Of a stretch of 57,885 nt of DNA, positions 1-9,909 are shown piece after piece. Every line of letters begins with the position of its first letter. Positions within the stretch are counted from its first letter, which is position 1. Under the pieces are notes generated by a model. It was given only the letters and a program-made list of their open reading frames with translations, was not told the DNA's origin and ran no database searches. Source of the DNA: an uncultured Candidatus Berkelbacteria bacterium (lineage in GTDB: Bacteria > Patescibacteriota > UBA1384 > CAJBMM01); contig CAJBMM010000037.1 in assembly GCA_903954185.1 (NCBI GenBank), forward strand, positions 1 to 57,885, given 5' to 3'. Both the position numbers and the translations under genes were made by a program.

Positions 1-2
1 AA

Positions 3-95
3 CTGGTCTTTAGCTCCCAGATGAGCAATGTTGGATATGTATTTCATGAGCCGAGTATACCCATGAAATCCAAAGTTTAAATAGATCTGTTGCAT
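3..95 (-). CDS. 5' part of a hypothetical protein running off the window edge (MQQIYLNFGFHGYTRLMKY...)
   Basis: AAGGAG SD 4 nt before the ATG at 95; frame open to the window start. Confidence 0.45.
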   Translation of the reverse strand, partial: MQQIYLNFGFHGYTRLMKYISNIAHLGAKDQ

Positions 96-243
96 ACTGC
101 TCCTTATTCCTTGGAGTCCAGTATGTTAATGAACTTTTGCACCAAGAATAGTTGTTAGTAAATAGTGTTTGGTTCGTAGTTAATATACTAATAATAAATT
201 TTTTGTTATGATCACCGCATCTCGCGCCTCACAGGAGAAAGCA

Positions 244-468
244 ATGCCAGGATATGACATCCTAATTGCGCAGTACGGAGCGGTTAAGATTGAGAAAAGC
301 CGGGGATCAGAACCTGCAAAGCCAAAGTCCGACGCTCAATTAGAATACGAGCAGCATTTCCTCGAAACAATGGGGCACCCCATGCCTACACCGGAAGACC
401 CGCACGTTAAGCTGACCGATGCCGAACAAAGCCATCTTGACGCACTCGTCGAGAGATGCGGCGCTTAG
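244..468 (+). CDS. small hypothetical protein (~74 aa), GC-richer than flanks
   Basis: AGGAG SD before ATG at 244, inside ORF 208..468. Confidence 0.5.
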   Translation: MPGYDILIAQYGAVKIEKSRGSEPAKPKSDAQLEYEQHFLETMGHPMPTPEDPHVKLTDAEQSHLDALVERCGA

Positions 469-611
469 GCTGTGCAAGCGGTTTTGTCTGCTCTCGGGAC
501 AAGAATGTTCCTCGCCGGGCATCAGAAGCACTTTGAAGCCACCTGCCCGCATGAGGAATAATCTCAGGCAACGCAGCCTAGAATCACTCCAAGCCGCCCG
601 CACATCACACC

Positions 612-641
612 CGCCTCCGCAGACCACCGCGGAGGCGTTTT
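612..641 (+). terminator. intrinsic terminator
   Basis: CGCCTCCGC-8nt-GCGGAGGCG followed by TTTT, between convergent genes. Confidence 0.65.
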
Positions 642-656
642 CGTTTAAAATCTACA

Positions 657-2579
657 TTATTGTTGTGTTTTATTTATTTTAGGAAGCATTATAAGCAAAA
701 AACTCGCACATACTAAAACCAATAAAAGTATTTGAGACGCATGCATAACATCATCTCCGGTGGCAGCTAAGCCAATGTTAATACCAAGTTTAAATGAGGC
801 GAGCGTATACTGACCGTCGGTACCAACAGATTGGATTGTTACAGTATGATCTCCATTGGGAATATCTGAAGAGGGAGTACAAGACCAATTACCATCGTTA
901 TCGGTAATAGTAGAGCATGTAATAGGATCGGAATGGATTGTGACAGTTACGCTTGAATTTGGCGAAGCAATACCACTAAATGTTGGTCGATGGCCAGTGT
1001 AATAATATTGGCTATATTTCTCATTAAAGTTAATTGTACCCATTTTAAGTAAAGAAAGCGTAGCGCTGGTTGCGGTAACTGAGGTAGATGTCGATGTGGT
1101 AGTAGTTGGCGAGCTGGTGGCGGTAGAAGTTGCTAGTGTTGGAGATGGAGTTGGAGAGGGATCAGTATTATATGTCATACAGCCATAACACGTAGCAGAT
1201 TGTGTATAGTTAGTGACTACAACATCCGCAGTTCCCACAGCGTGTGCTGGAGCAGTGGCTGTGAGTTTTTCAGAAGAAACGAAAGCAATATTAGTAGCTG
1301 CTACTCCACCGATAGTTACGGCGGCAGTAGTTATGCCAGCAGTTGATGTTAATAAATCAACAAAATTTGTGCCATTAATCGTTATAGATTCACCACCTGT
1401 AATATTCTGGGGATTATTTCCTGTTACAGAAGTAATGGTGGGAGCTGCTGTTATACCAAGGTAATCAATAAGAACATCTGCAAACAGTTTATCTCCGGTT
1501 GTAGTCATATGAACTCCATCAATCCAAAGTCCCGCAGCATTGGCTGTTACATACGCGCCAGTAAACTTACTAACTTCAACATAACCATAACCATTTTGGC
1601 GCGCAAGATCTTGAAGCGATGGGAAATATGCACCAACGTCTCCGGCTGGTCCTGTTCGGGTTCCAATAGTCGGAGGAGTCAGAATAATCGGAACCGTTGG
1701 TTTTACCACTCTTATTCTGCCTATTATCGTTTCAATATTGGCTATATAATTGCTAACAGATACAGAGGATATATCATTCGTTCCCAAGGTAATAATTACC
1801 ACACTCGGATTAAGCTGTGTTATCTCGCTTTGCCATAAACCAGCATTTGCCGCTGCCCAATGTGATCCTCTTGAACCGCTCATCCCCAATTTATCAACTT
1901 TAATTCCTCCGGAATTAGCAATATTGCAATCAACACCAAACAAAGTGACACCTGTCGTGCCAGCTGTGTTGAGCGTCATTAGGATAGAGTGCTGTGCAAG
2001 TGTTTGGCCGCCAATATTAATTGTTCCTAGGGCATTTGAAGTATTGACGGTAGAAACTGTTGTCGCACTGCCAGAATCAATTGAATAATTGAACGAGCCT
2101 CCACCCGATTGTTTTAAATAATAAATTGTATAATCAGTACCAGTACAAGTAACACCTTTCGCTGCTGGCGTAGCGACATCAGTCGAATTAGTATGCATAA
2201 TATTAGGGCCTAAACCACGTGCAGCGGAAGAATCAGTCCATGTGCCCACAGATGTTTTTGTTGCATCGGCTAGAGCTATATTATAAGGATAAGAGTCTAC
2301 GGGTACATAACCGGCCCCAGCAAAAGGGTAACTGGAAACTATTTTATTATAGAACTCAAGAGCAACGTGATTTCCTGCCGTCCACGAATCTCCGATATAC
2401 GCTATTGTGCTGTTTGGATTAACTAAAAAACCACAGTTAATATTAGATGGATTGCAATTAGGATAAAGCGATTCACCTGGAATATAGGTAGCCGAATAAA
2501 CTGAAGTTAGAGTAATGAAGAAAAAGGCTACAAAAAAGAAAAATAATAAGCAAAATTTAAAAAATCTATGAATTTTTAT
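657..2579 (-). CDS. sortase-anchored SGNH/GDSL esterase with IPT/TIG domain, S/T linker, Ig-like domain and LAATG sorting signal; probable ATA/ATT start
   Basis: Frame is open 110 codons upstream of the listed GTG (2249). That stretch encodes a signal peptide (IKIHRFFKFCLLFFFFVAFFFITLTSVYSA) and SGNH block I (IAYIGDSWTAG). Block III TLGTND and block V DGVH lie downstream. C-terminus GLAATGDD + TM + basic tail. Confidence 0.85.
   Translation of the reverse strand: MKIHRFFKFCLLFFFFVAFFFITLTSVYSATYIPGESLYPNCNPSNINCGFLVNPNSTIAYIGDSWTAGNHVALEFYNKIVSSYPFAGAGYVPVDSYPYNIALADATKTSVGTWTDSSAARGLGPNIMHTNSTDVATPAAKGVTCTGTDYTIYYLKQSGGGSFNYSIDSGSATTVSTVNTSNALGTINIGGQTLAQHSILMTLNTAGTTGVTLFGVDCNIANSGGIKVDKLGMSGSRGSHWAAANAGLWQSEITQLNPSVVIITLGTNDISSVSVSNYIANIETIIGRIRVVKPTVPIILTPPTIGTRTGPAGDVGAYFPSLQDLARQNGYGYVEVSKFTGAYVTANAAGLWIDGVHMTTTGDKLFADVLIDYLGITAAPTITSVTGNNPQNITGGESITINGTNFVDLLTSTAGITTAAVTIGGVAATNIAFVSSEKLTATAPAHAVGTADVVVTNYTQSATCYGCMTYNTDPSPTPSPTLATSTATSSPTTTTSTSTSVTATSATLSLLKMGTINFNEKYSQYYYTGHRPTFSGIASPNSSVTVTIHSDPITCSTITDNDGNWSCTPSSDIPNGDHTVTIQSVGTDGQYTLASFKLGINIGLAATGDDVMHASQILLLVLVCASFLLIMLPKINKTQQ
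748..1056 (-). repeat. shared C-terminal Ig-like + LAATG cassette, copy 1 of 5
   Basis: near-identical DNA (acatcatctccggtggcagc...ctccattgggaat...) also at ~2666, 5096, 7436 and 10018. Confidence 0.9.
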
Positions 2580-4416
2580 CCTTAATTTTTAATTTGTTTC
2601 TTACTAAAAGTATTGCAAAAAATGATGCAGACAGGGTTATTATCAGCCATAAATTGATTTGTGAAACATCATCTCCGGTAGCGGCTAAGCCAATATTAAT
2701 ACCCAGTTTAAATGAGGCGAGCGTATATTGACCGTCGGTACCAACAGATTGAATGGTTACAGTATGATCTCCATTGGGAATGTCTGAGGTGGGAGTACAA
2801 GACCAATTACCAGCGTTATCGGTAATAGTAGAGCATGTAATTGGATCGGAATGGATTGTGACAGTTACGCTTGAATTTGGCGAAGCAATACCACTAAATG
2901 TTGGCCGATGGCCAGTATAATAATACTGGCTATATTTCTCATTAAAGTTAATTGTACCCATTTTTAGTAAAGAAAGTACGGGGGTGGTTTGCGAGGTGAC
3001 GGTAGATGTTGTCTGTACTACTGTTGAAGTTTCTTCTGTTGTGGTAGTTGGCGAAGCGGTAATGGTAGAAGTCGTTGCAGCAGGAGTTGGAATTGCTTCT
3101 GTGGTAGCCGAGGCACTTGCAGATGCATAACCAACACCTTGGGCATTTACACCGCGGACATAAACAGAATACGAGCTGTTAGGGTCAAGTATGTCCTGGG
3201 TCCAGTTGGAGGTTGCTGAGGTAATCGTTGTTAATAAGGTATTGTCAGCCGCATTATAAACTTTGTATCCCGTGGCTCCCGCAACATCATCCCAATCCCA
3301 AGAAATTGATGTTTGCGAGACGGTACTGCTGGTTAAGCCCGTGGGTTGGATTGGCGGTAAATAGGCTGTACCCAACCCTGGGCCTATTGACTCGGCAATG
3401 ACACTATCCATTGTATAACCAGCGCCAATATTTAGCGTTCCCGTTGAACCAGCAAGAGCGGCTACGATGATTGACCCGGTCCTTCTATTGACTACACCGC
3501 CATTAATCACGTTTAGTGTACCCGTGCCAGAGTAACCAACTCGAGGAGTGCCAGCAGTGAAATTTAATTGCGAGCCAGTTCCGGTCACGGTAACTGATCC
3601 ATTACTTCCTGCTAGTCCGCCGATTTGCCAAGGCCCAGCGGCAGTATTAACTACAGCACCATTTGAAATCGTTAATGTGGCAGTACCCGACAGGCCACGA
3701 CCAATATACCCCAACCCACCAGCAATATCAGAATTCCAAACGGTGTTTGCGCCGCCTACCTCAATATTTGCGGTTGTCCCAACATCATAAGCCGCGGAAA
3801 TATTACCCGTGCTAACTGTAGCACCGTTTAAAATATTAAGGTTACCGACACTCCCGGTAAAATTACCCATGCGGACACGCGTATCGCCACTAATGGTCTG
3901 TGTGAGCGAAGATCCAGAACCAGTTACGGTAATTGTTCCATTTCCTGTTGAGGCATTACCAATCACGATCCCGCTGCCGCCTGGGGGGGCAGTAACTGTT
4001 CCGCCATTTGATACATAAAAGGTACCACCGTCCGCTACTAATTGTGTGGCGATAATCACAGAAACGCCACTGACCGTGACTGTCCCCGTATAACCGGGAT
4101 TAGTTTTAAAATATTTAACTGATAAAGCAGAATCAACTGTGGCGCTATTTAAACAATTGCTCACAAAAGTTACGGTATCAGTTGGTCCTGGTATATTAAG
4201 GTTAGCGCTATCGGCACATGCGCCAGCAGAAGTTTTCCAATTGGCTGGATTGCTAGTATTGGAATTGGTAGTACCGCCAACCCAGTAATAAGTTGCGGCG
4301 GCGCGAGCAGGAAGAGGAGTCGCAAAGAAATACACTGCAAATATAAAAGGCGCAGCTAAGAATGTTATAAAACTATAAAACCTTTTATTGGCTATAATAT
4401 GAAGACTATTCATCAT
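2566..4416 (-). CDS. sortase-anchored adhesin-like protein: passenger-like Gly-rich beta repeats (T5SS/PEP-CTERM-associated-like), FN3, T/S linker, Ig-like domain, LAATG
   Basis: signal peptide; repeats of GxGTxTV(T/S)GxGS type; FN3 motif ISWDWDDVAGATGYKVY...YSVYVRGVN; GLAATG + TM + KK tail. Confidence 0.85.
   Translation of the reverse strand: MMNSLHIIANKRFYSFITFLAAPFIFAVYFFATPLPARAAATYYWVGGTTNSNTSNPANWKTSAGACADSANLNIPGPTDTVTFVSNCLNSATVDSALSVKYFKTNPGYTGTVTVSGVSVIIATQLVADGGTFYVSNGGTVTAPPGGSGIVIGNASTGNGTITVTGSGSSLTQTISGDTRVRMGNFTGSVGNLNILNGATVSTGNISAAYDVGTTANIEVGGANTVWNSDIAGGLGYIGRGLSGTATLTISNGAVVNTAAGPWQIGGLAGSNGSVTVTGTGSQLNFTAGTPRVGYSGTGTLNVINGGVVNRRTGSIIVAALAGSTGTLNIGAGYTMDSVIAESIGPGLGTAYLPPIQPTGLTSSTVSQTSISWDWDDVAGATGYKVYNAADNTLLTTITSATSNWTQDILDPNSSYSVYVRGVNAQGVGYASASASATTEAIPTPAATTSTITASPTTTTEETSTVVQTTSTVTSQTTPVLSLLKMGTINFNEKYSQYYYTGHRPTFSGIASPNSSVTVTIHSDPITCSTITDNAGNWSCTPTSDIPNGDHTVTIQSVGTDGQYTLASFKLGINIGLAATGDDVSQINLWLIITLSASFFAILLVRNKLKIKDKNS
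2666..2976 (-). repeat. shared C-terminal cassette, copy 2
   Basis: almost identical to copy 1 at the DNA level. Confidence 0.9.
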
Positions 4417-4460
4417 ATATAGTTTATTCTATAACTAGCAAGTTAGTCAATTGCATAGTG

Positions 4461-5027
4461 CTAATTTGGAATCGCTTTAACAACAATTCTTTTTAAAAGC
4501 GTTTCGTCGGAACATGTATAGATAATCAGTGCTCCATCATTAGTTGGGTTTAGAATTGAAATATCATCTTTGCTCACCTCAAAAATTGAGTCTACTGTGT
4601 AAAGATATTTCACCCCATCCCAATAGATAGCCAGAGCATCTCCATTTTTTAACTTATCCAAATTATACAAGGTGGTACGATTGGGAGGTAAATATTTAAA
4701 TCGATGACCTGCAATAACTACACTTGTAGTACCAACTTGACCAGCCTGAAGCCAAACCCCCTCTTGATTATCTAATACTCCTACTTCATCACCCTCAACA
4801 ATTTGAGAGTCTACATCTATTAAATGAATAACAAGCCTGCGACCGTCTGGAATCTTTTCACTTTCTAATATTTTAGTTTGATCAACGTTCCTCTTCACTG
4901 TAAAATGCTCAACGTTGTAGAATACTCTTGGCAATATCGGTAATAAAATAAATAATAATGAAATTAAAATAATAATAACCAAAATGATTTCTATAATACG
5001 ATTTTTAGTTAGTTTTAATTTTTTCAT
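4461..5027 (-). CDS. sortase
   Basis: N-terminal TM anchor; catalytic His (IAGHR), Cys (IIYTC, a TLxTC variant) and Arg (KRIVVKA); embedded among LAATG proteins. Confidence 0.9.
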   Translation of the reverse strand: MKKLKLTKNRIIEIILVIIILISLLFILLPILPRVFYNVEHFTVKRNVDQTKILESEKIPDGRRLVIHLIDVDSQIVEGDEVGVLDNQEGVWLQAGQVGTTSVVIAGHRFKYLPPNRTTLYNLDKLKNGDALAIYWDGVKYLYTVDSIFEVSKDDISILNPTNDGALIIYTCSDETLLKRIVVKAIPN

Positions 5028-7335
5028 ACTTAGTCCTAAACAATAATATGGTTATCGCTATTAATAATAAACTTAATATCTGTGATATATGCATAACATC
5101 ATCTCCGGTGGCAGCCAAGCCAATGTTAATACCAAGTTTAAATGAGGCGAGCGCATATTGACCGTCGGTACCAACAGATTGGATTGTTACAGTATGATCT
5201 CCATTGGGAATGTCTGTAGTTGGAGTGCAAGACCAGTTGCCGTTACCATCTGCGGTAGTGGTACAAGTAATTGGGTCAGATTGAATAGTAACAGTAACTT
5301 TAGCATTAGGTGGAGCAATGCCAGTAAATTTTGGTCGGTGGCCTGTGTAGTAGTAGCGGTTGTATTTAGAGTTAAAATTTATTGTACCCAACTTTACAAG
5401 CGTAAGAGCGGCAAGACTGTTAGATGAAGTGCTTTGAACAACGTCACTTGTTGTTTGAGTAGCATCACTAGAAGATGAGGCAGAAACAACCTCTAAATTT
5501 ATTGTTTTGCTATAAGTATCTGAAATTTGACCAATCGCATCCTTGTACTTTACATAAACTGTTTTGGCACCATTGCCATCACCAAGAGTCCAACTTTTAG
5601 TAGTAACGAAGTCTTCCCACTCTACACCACTAAATGACGCGTCGTTACTAATTTGCATTTGACTCACTTCGCCAAAATTAGAAATAGAGCTTAATGTTAA
5701 AGTAACTACCCTTGTTGGTGTGGAATTTGCACCATCTGCTATATCAATACCCCCACTCGCAAATGCTGCATAACTTACCGGGTCGGCCGCGACAGCAGAA
5801 AATTCAGATGTTGAGCCAAGGGTATTCGTAGCTGTTGCGGTAATTTTATCTATGGCTGTTGGGGTAGCGCCAGTTATCGGTACTGCCAACGCAATATCAT
5901 TTCCAATTTCTGTAGTTGTTACCGAACCAATAAATGTCTCTCCTGGTCCGCGGCCAGAAGAATGAATTGTAGTATTATTAAAGAATTCCAGTGTATATGG
6001 GGCTTCGTCCGCTTTAAAATCTAAATTAGCTTTAACTAATAATTTACCGTCGCTAGATAACCCCATTTTAGTAATTACGGGATAATTCATTCGATCATTA
6101 TAACTTGTATCTATATCACCTGCATCATTGGGGGTCGCTGTGCCGTATACTAAATCAATTGGTGTTCCTGTAACGTTATGTATGCTATTTTGACTAAAAC
6201 GATTCCATTTGGAATTTCCATTTTGCAAGGCAATAGCAGCATCTGATAGGTGCGCAAAAGTATTGCGAGCAATTGTCCAACCAGTAGCTACCCCATTGTC
6301 GGTAACTCCTGGCTCTACAAAACTGCTCTGCAAATCATCATTAAAAGCATTTGTGCCAAAATAGTTTCCTTGGATAATTCCATCAGATCCGGATATTCTT
6401 ACTAAAGTCCGCTTGTTAATATTGATACAAGCAAAAATATTACTTTCCTCAGTGTCAGAAACTCCATCGAGATTGGTTCCAATTCTTGTTCTATCGCCAT
6501 TTGCCTGCAGAAAATAACGGTACATCCCACCCGTTCCACATGTTCTGCTGGTTTTATCTACGCCAAAGTAGTTTCCAGAAACAATATTGTCTGAATCTGC
6601 CGCCGCAACAAATTGAAAAGCACCACCGCTTTGATTTGTTCCCCACATTTGAATTAAATTACGTTCGCCGTTGTCGTTTACGCCATCGCCGTTTGTGCCA
6701 AATATATTTGCTGTAGACCCAGTTTGCACGGTCGTAGTTCCAAATGCACTAGACGTACTTCCGCTAATGTTGGTTGCAATAAAATTGCCTTCTATCCAAT
6801 TATTACTAGATGCAGTAAATTGCATCCCCCCGGAAGTAGATGACCCCATATTTAAACCAGCAAGATGATTATTGCCAACATTAATAGTAAATAATGGACC
6901 GCCGGTTATAGAAACACGTATTTTCAAAACCGTATTAAGTGTTTCTCCAAATGCCGCTGTATTTCTTGAAGCGCCAGCTTGCGAATAACCATTAATAAAT
7001 ACACCTGCTGTATCGCTTAAGATGTAATTTGCGTTTGTTGAAAGCAAAAAATATCCTTGAACATCGCCTGCAGGGGGAATATAGCCGCCGTCAGATTCGG
7101 GAATATTAAAATTAATAGTATCGGCACCAACATTAGCATTTGCTGCTGCTACCGCCTCTCGCAAAGAACAATCGGCATTACAACTTCCATCGTTTGTATC
7201 TGCAGTTTTTGTAACAGTAAAGGTTGTGGAGCTAGCTTTAGTGAAATTTTGCACAAATAAAGAAGGCACTATAACAGCTAGAATAACTATTAATATTGAG
7301 AACTCTATATATTTATTGACTGCAAAATACCTCAT
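5005..7335 (-). CDS. sortase-anchored CSLREA-domain / parallel beta-helix surface protein
   Basis: FTVTKTADTNDGSCNADCSLREAV motif; GNYFGT/GNFIAT beta-helix repeats; shared Ig-LAATG-TM tail. Confidence 0.85.
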   Translation of the reverse strand: MRYFAVNKYIEFSILIVILAVIVPSLFVQNFTKASSTTFTVTKTADTNDGSCNADCSLREAVAAANANVGADTINFNIPESDGGYIPPAGDVQGYFLLSTNANYILSDTAGVFINGYSQAGASRNTAAFGETLNTVLKIRVSITGGPLFTINVGNNHLAGLNMGSSTSGGMQFTASSNNWIEGNFIATNISGSTSSAFGTTTVQTGSTANIFGTNGDGVNDNGERNLIQMWGTNQSGGAFQFVAAADSDNIVSGNYFGVDKTSRTCGTGGMYRYFLQANGDRTRIGTNLDGVSDTEESNIFACININKRTLVRISGSDGIIQGNYFGTNAFNDDLQSSFVEPGVTDNGVATGWTIARNTFAHLSDAAIALQNGNSKWNRFSQNSIHNVTGTPIDLVYGTATPNDAGDIDTSYNDRMNYPVITKMGLSSDGKLLVKANLDFKADEAPYTLEFFNNTTIHSSGRGPGETFIGSVTTTEIGNDIALAVPITGATPTAIDKITATATNTLGSTSEFSAVAADPVSYAAFASGGIDIADGANSTPTRVVTLTLSSISNFGEVSQMQISNDASFSGVEWEDFVTTKSWTLGDGNGAKTVYVKYKDAIGQISDTYSKTINLEVVSASSSSDATQTTSDVVQSTSSNSLAALTLVKLGTINFNSKYNRYYYTGHRPKFTGIAPPNAKVTVTIQSDPITCTTTADGNGNWSCTPTTDIPNGDHTVTIQSVGTDGQYALASFKLGINIGLAATGDDVMHISQILSLLLIAITILLFRTKYEKIKTN
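5096..5396 (-). repeat. shared C-terminal cassette, copy 3
   Basis: near-identical to copies 4 and 5. Confidence 0.9.
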
Positions 7336-9909
7336 TTAGTTAACCCGCTTTACCGCATCACCTTTGTTAATTAAGACAAAACCACCTAATAAAAGTGAGA
7401 TTAATACTATGAACAATATTGTATTAATTTTTTCAACATCATCTCCGGTGGCAGCTAAGCCAATGTTAATACCAAGTTTAAATGACGCGAGCGTATACTG
7501 ACCGTCGGTACCAACAGATTGGATTGTTACAGTATGATCTCCATTGGGAATATCTGTGGTTGGAGTGCAAGACCAGTTGCCGTTACCATCTGCGGTAGTG
7601 GTACAAGTAATTGGGTCAGATTGTATAGTAACAGTAACTTTAGCATTAGGTGCAGCAATGCCAGTAAATTTTGGTCGGTGACCTGTGTAGTAGTAATGAC
7701 CGTATTTAGAGTTGAAGTTAATAGTTCCTAATTTAAGTAAGGTTAATGTTGTCGTTTCACCATTCGAGTTAGTAATGGCACTAATGTTTCCTGCCAAATC
7801 TTTAAACTGTACATATACTACTCTACTAGAGTTAGAGAATGTCCATGTTTTTGAAGTTGAATAGTTTTCCCAAGATGCCTGGTTTAGAGCATCAATTGTT
7901 TCACCTAATCTCATGTAGCCCACTCCACTTGAAACACCACTACTAGTAGGGTCTGAAGCAGAGATATTTAAGGTGGCTGTGTTTAAAGATAGATTACCAG
8001 TGGAATCTAGTTTAATTGTACCGTTGGGAGCAGTGGTATCAATATTTAAGGTACTGGTACTACTAGTAGTAGTGTTTCCTGCTACATCATATGCCACAAC
8101 ATACCAAGAATGAGCTCCTTCAGAGATCCCAGCGGCTGGCGTGTAGGTGGTGGCAGTAGCAGATATATTATCTGCTAACAATGAATCGTCTAGATATAAT
8201 TGGTATTTAGCTAAACCAGATGCTGCATCGCTAGAGGCATCCCAGCTAAATGTGGGCATTGTCACATTAGTGGTGGCATTAGGTGAAGGTGATAAGGAAG
8301 AAAAAGATGAAGGAATGGCTGTATCTACAGTTACTGTCTTATTAATTGTCGTGCTATTTCCTGCAACATCATACGCAATAACCTCTATTGTGTGATCGCC
8401 TACGGCTAAACCAGAAATGGCATATGGCGAAACAGCAACAAGAGCAGCACTGCCATCTACAGAAACTGTGTAGTAGCTTATTCCGCTTAAATTATCAGAT
8501 GTTGCAAAAGTAATCGAGGTGTCTTGATGATTAAAATACGAGCCGTCATTTAGTCCAATAATAAAATCTAATGGACTAACTGAATCTGGTAACCAATTAG
8601 AATTATTATTCGAATTATTACTTGCCGGCCCGTAATAGATAGTAGATGAATTTACATTATTAGAATCTTTAACATCTACGTATTTAATGTCACGAGTACC
8701 TTGTGGATTAATTGAAAACTGAGTATCGGTAACAGATGATCGTAAAGATAATAAATTATTCGCCGCACCCTTAAGAGTTAGAGCCCCCTGGATAGTGGTA
8801 GTGGTTGAAGCTGGAAATGTTAATGTAGCTGCCGAAGTAACTGTTTTACTTAAATTATTAAAGGTAAAAGCACCGGCAATAGTTTGATTCGTACCAGTAA
8901 GTAGCATTGTGCCATTATTGTGATTAAATGTTCCGCCAGTATATGAAAGATTTCCAGAGACCTGCGTATTCCCCGAAGAAGCGGTGATTGAACCAGTGCT
9001 GCTAATCCCGAAATTTAAAAGCCGTGTTGCGCCAGCATTTGGCAGGATGATTGAACCTGAAGAAACTGCCAAATAAATATTATCAAAAGTTGTATAACTG
9101 GAAAAATCTAAATTTGCACCCTGTACATAAAATTCTTTTGTATTACCATAATAACCAGTAAACCCCTCAAACCCTGCGCCTGCATAATAATAAATCCGAT
9201 TATATTGGTTAAAAGTACCTGTACCTTGAATTTTACCAGATAATCCTATTCTGCCATAAGGAACACCAGCAGTCGAAGTGCCAACCGGCAAAGTACAAGT
9301 GCTTCCAATTGTTTTAAGAACGCTGCCCGACGTCCATCTTAATCTGACTTGATTAAATACGATATTGTTACAATTAATTGTTGATCCTACAGATCCATCA
9401 ATATAAAAAATTCCATTATTCGCATCAAAAGTACCACCATTTACCTGAAATCCTAAGGCAAAGTAGCTTGAGGCAGATGAAGCGATAAAGTTCGCCCCCA
9501 CATTCATGGTAAAATTACCATTAATATCTAACAGCTCATCGGTAGCATTAAAAGTACCAGCCGATTGGGTAAAAGTGCCAGTTGTTTGAAAAGATGCATT
9601 AAGTGTTAGCGTTCCGCCGTACCCTGCATTAATAGAGAGAGAGGCAACATTATACAAGCCTGCGTTTCTTAAATCAATCCAATTTTGATCGAGCACTGAA
9701 TCTGCGCTAGACGTGCCATCAAAAACAACGGTGTCGCCACTTACCGGACAAGCACTTGCCGACCAATTTGCGCATGTACTCCATAAGCTATCACCGCCTA
9801 AACCAGTCCAAGTTCTTGTAGCCGCTGCGTTAACAATCGGCACTCTAGAAAGCAACGCAAAGCTTAGAGCATAAAGTAAAAGTATTAATTTAACTTGAAA
9901 ATTCTTCAT
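7336..9909 (-). CDS. sortase-anchored surface protein: passenger-like beta-solenoid plus tandem Ig-like domains
   Basis: signal peptide; RTWTGLGGDSLWSTCANWS..CPVSGDTVVFD start; Ig repeats (YDVAGN, DTTAP); shared tail. Confidence 0.85.
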   Translation of the reverse strand: MKNFQVKLILLLYALSFALLSRVPIVNAAATRTWTGLGGDSLWSTCANWSASACPVSGDTVVFDGTSSADSVLDQNWIDLRNAGLYNVASLSINAGYGGTLTLNASFQTTGTFTQSAGTFNATDELLDINGNFTMNVGANFIASSASSYFALGFQVNGGTFDANNGIFYIDGSVGSTINCNNIVFNQVRLRWTSGSVLKTIGSTCTLPVGTSTAGVPYGRIGLSGKIQGTGTFNQYNRIYYYAGAGFEGFTGYYGNTKEFYVQGANLDFSSYTTFDNIYLAVSSGSIILPNAGATRLLNFGISSTGSITASSGNTQVSGNLSYTGGTFNHNNGTMLLTGTNQTIAGAFTFNNLSKTVTSAATLTFPASTTTTIQGALTLKGAANNLLSLRSSVTDTQFSINPQGTRDIKYVDVKDSNNVNSSTIYYGPASNNSNNNSNWLPDSVSPLDFIIGLNDGSYFNHQDTSITFATSDNLSGISYYTVSVDGSAALVAVSPYAISGLAVGDHTIEVIAYDVAGNSTTINKTVTVDTAIPSSFSSLSPSPNATTNVTMPTFSWDASSDAASGLAKYQLYLDDSLLADNISATATTYTPAAGISEGAHSWYVVAYDVAGNTTTSSTSTLNIDTTAPNGTIKLDSTGNLSLNTATLNISASDPTSSGVSSGVGYMRLGETIDALNQASWENYSTSKTWTFSNSSRVVYVQFKDLAGNISAITNSNGETTTLTLLKLGTINFNSKYGHYYYTGHRPKFTGIAAPNAKVTVTIQSDPITCTTTADGNGNWSCTPTTDIPNGDHTVTIQSVGTDGQYTLASFKLGINIGLAATGDDVEKINTILFIVLISLLLGGFVLINKGDAVKRVN
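7436..8340 (-). repeat. cassette copy 4 plus extended stalk duplication shared with 10018..10910
   Basis: ~0.9 kb of strong DNA similarity encoding PTFSWDASSDA...TTTLTLLKLGTINF...GLAATG. Confidence 0.85.
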
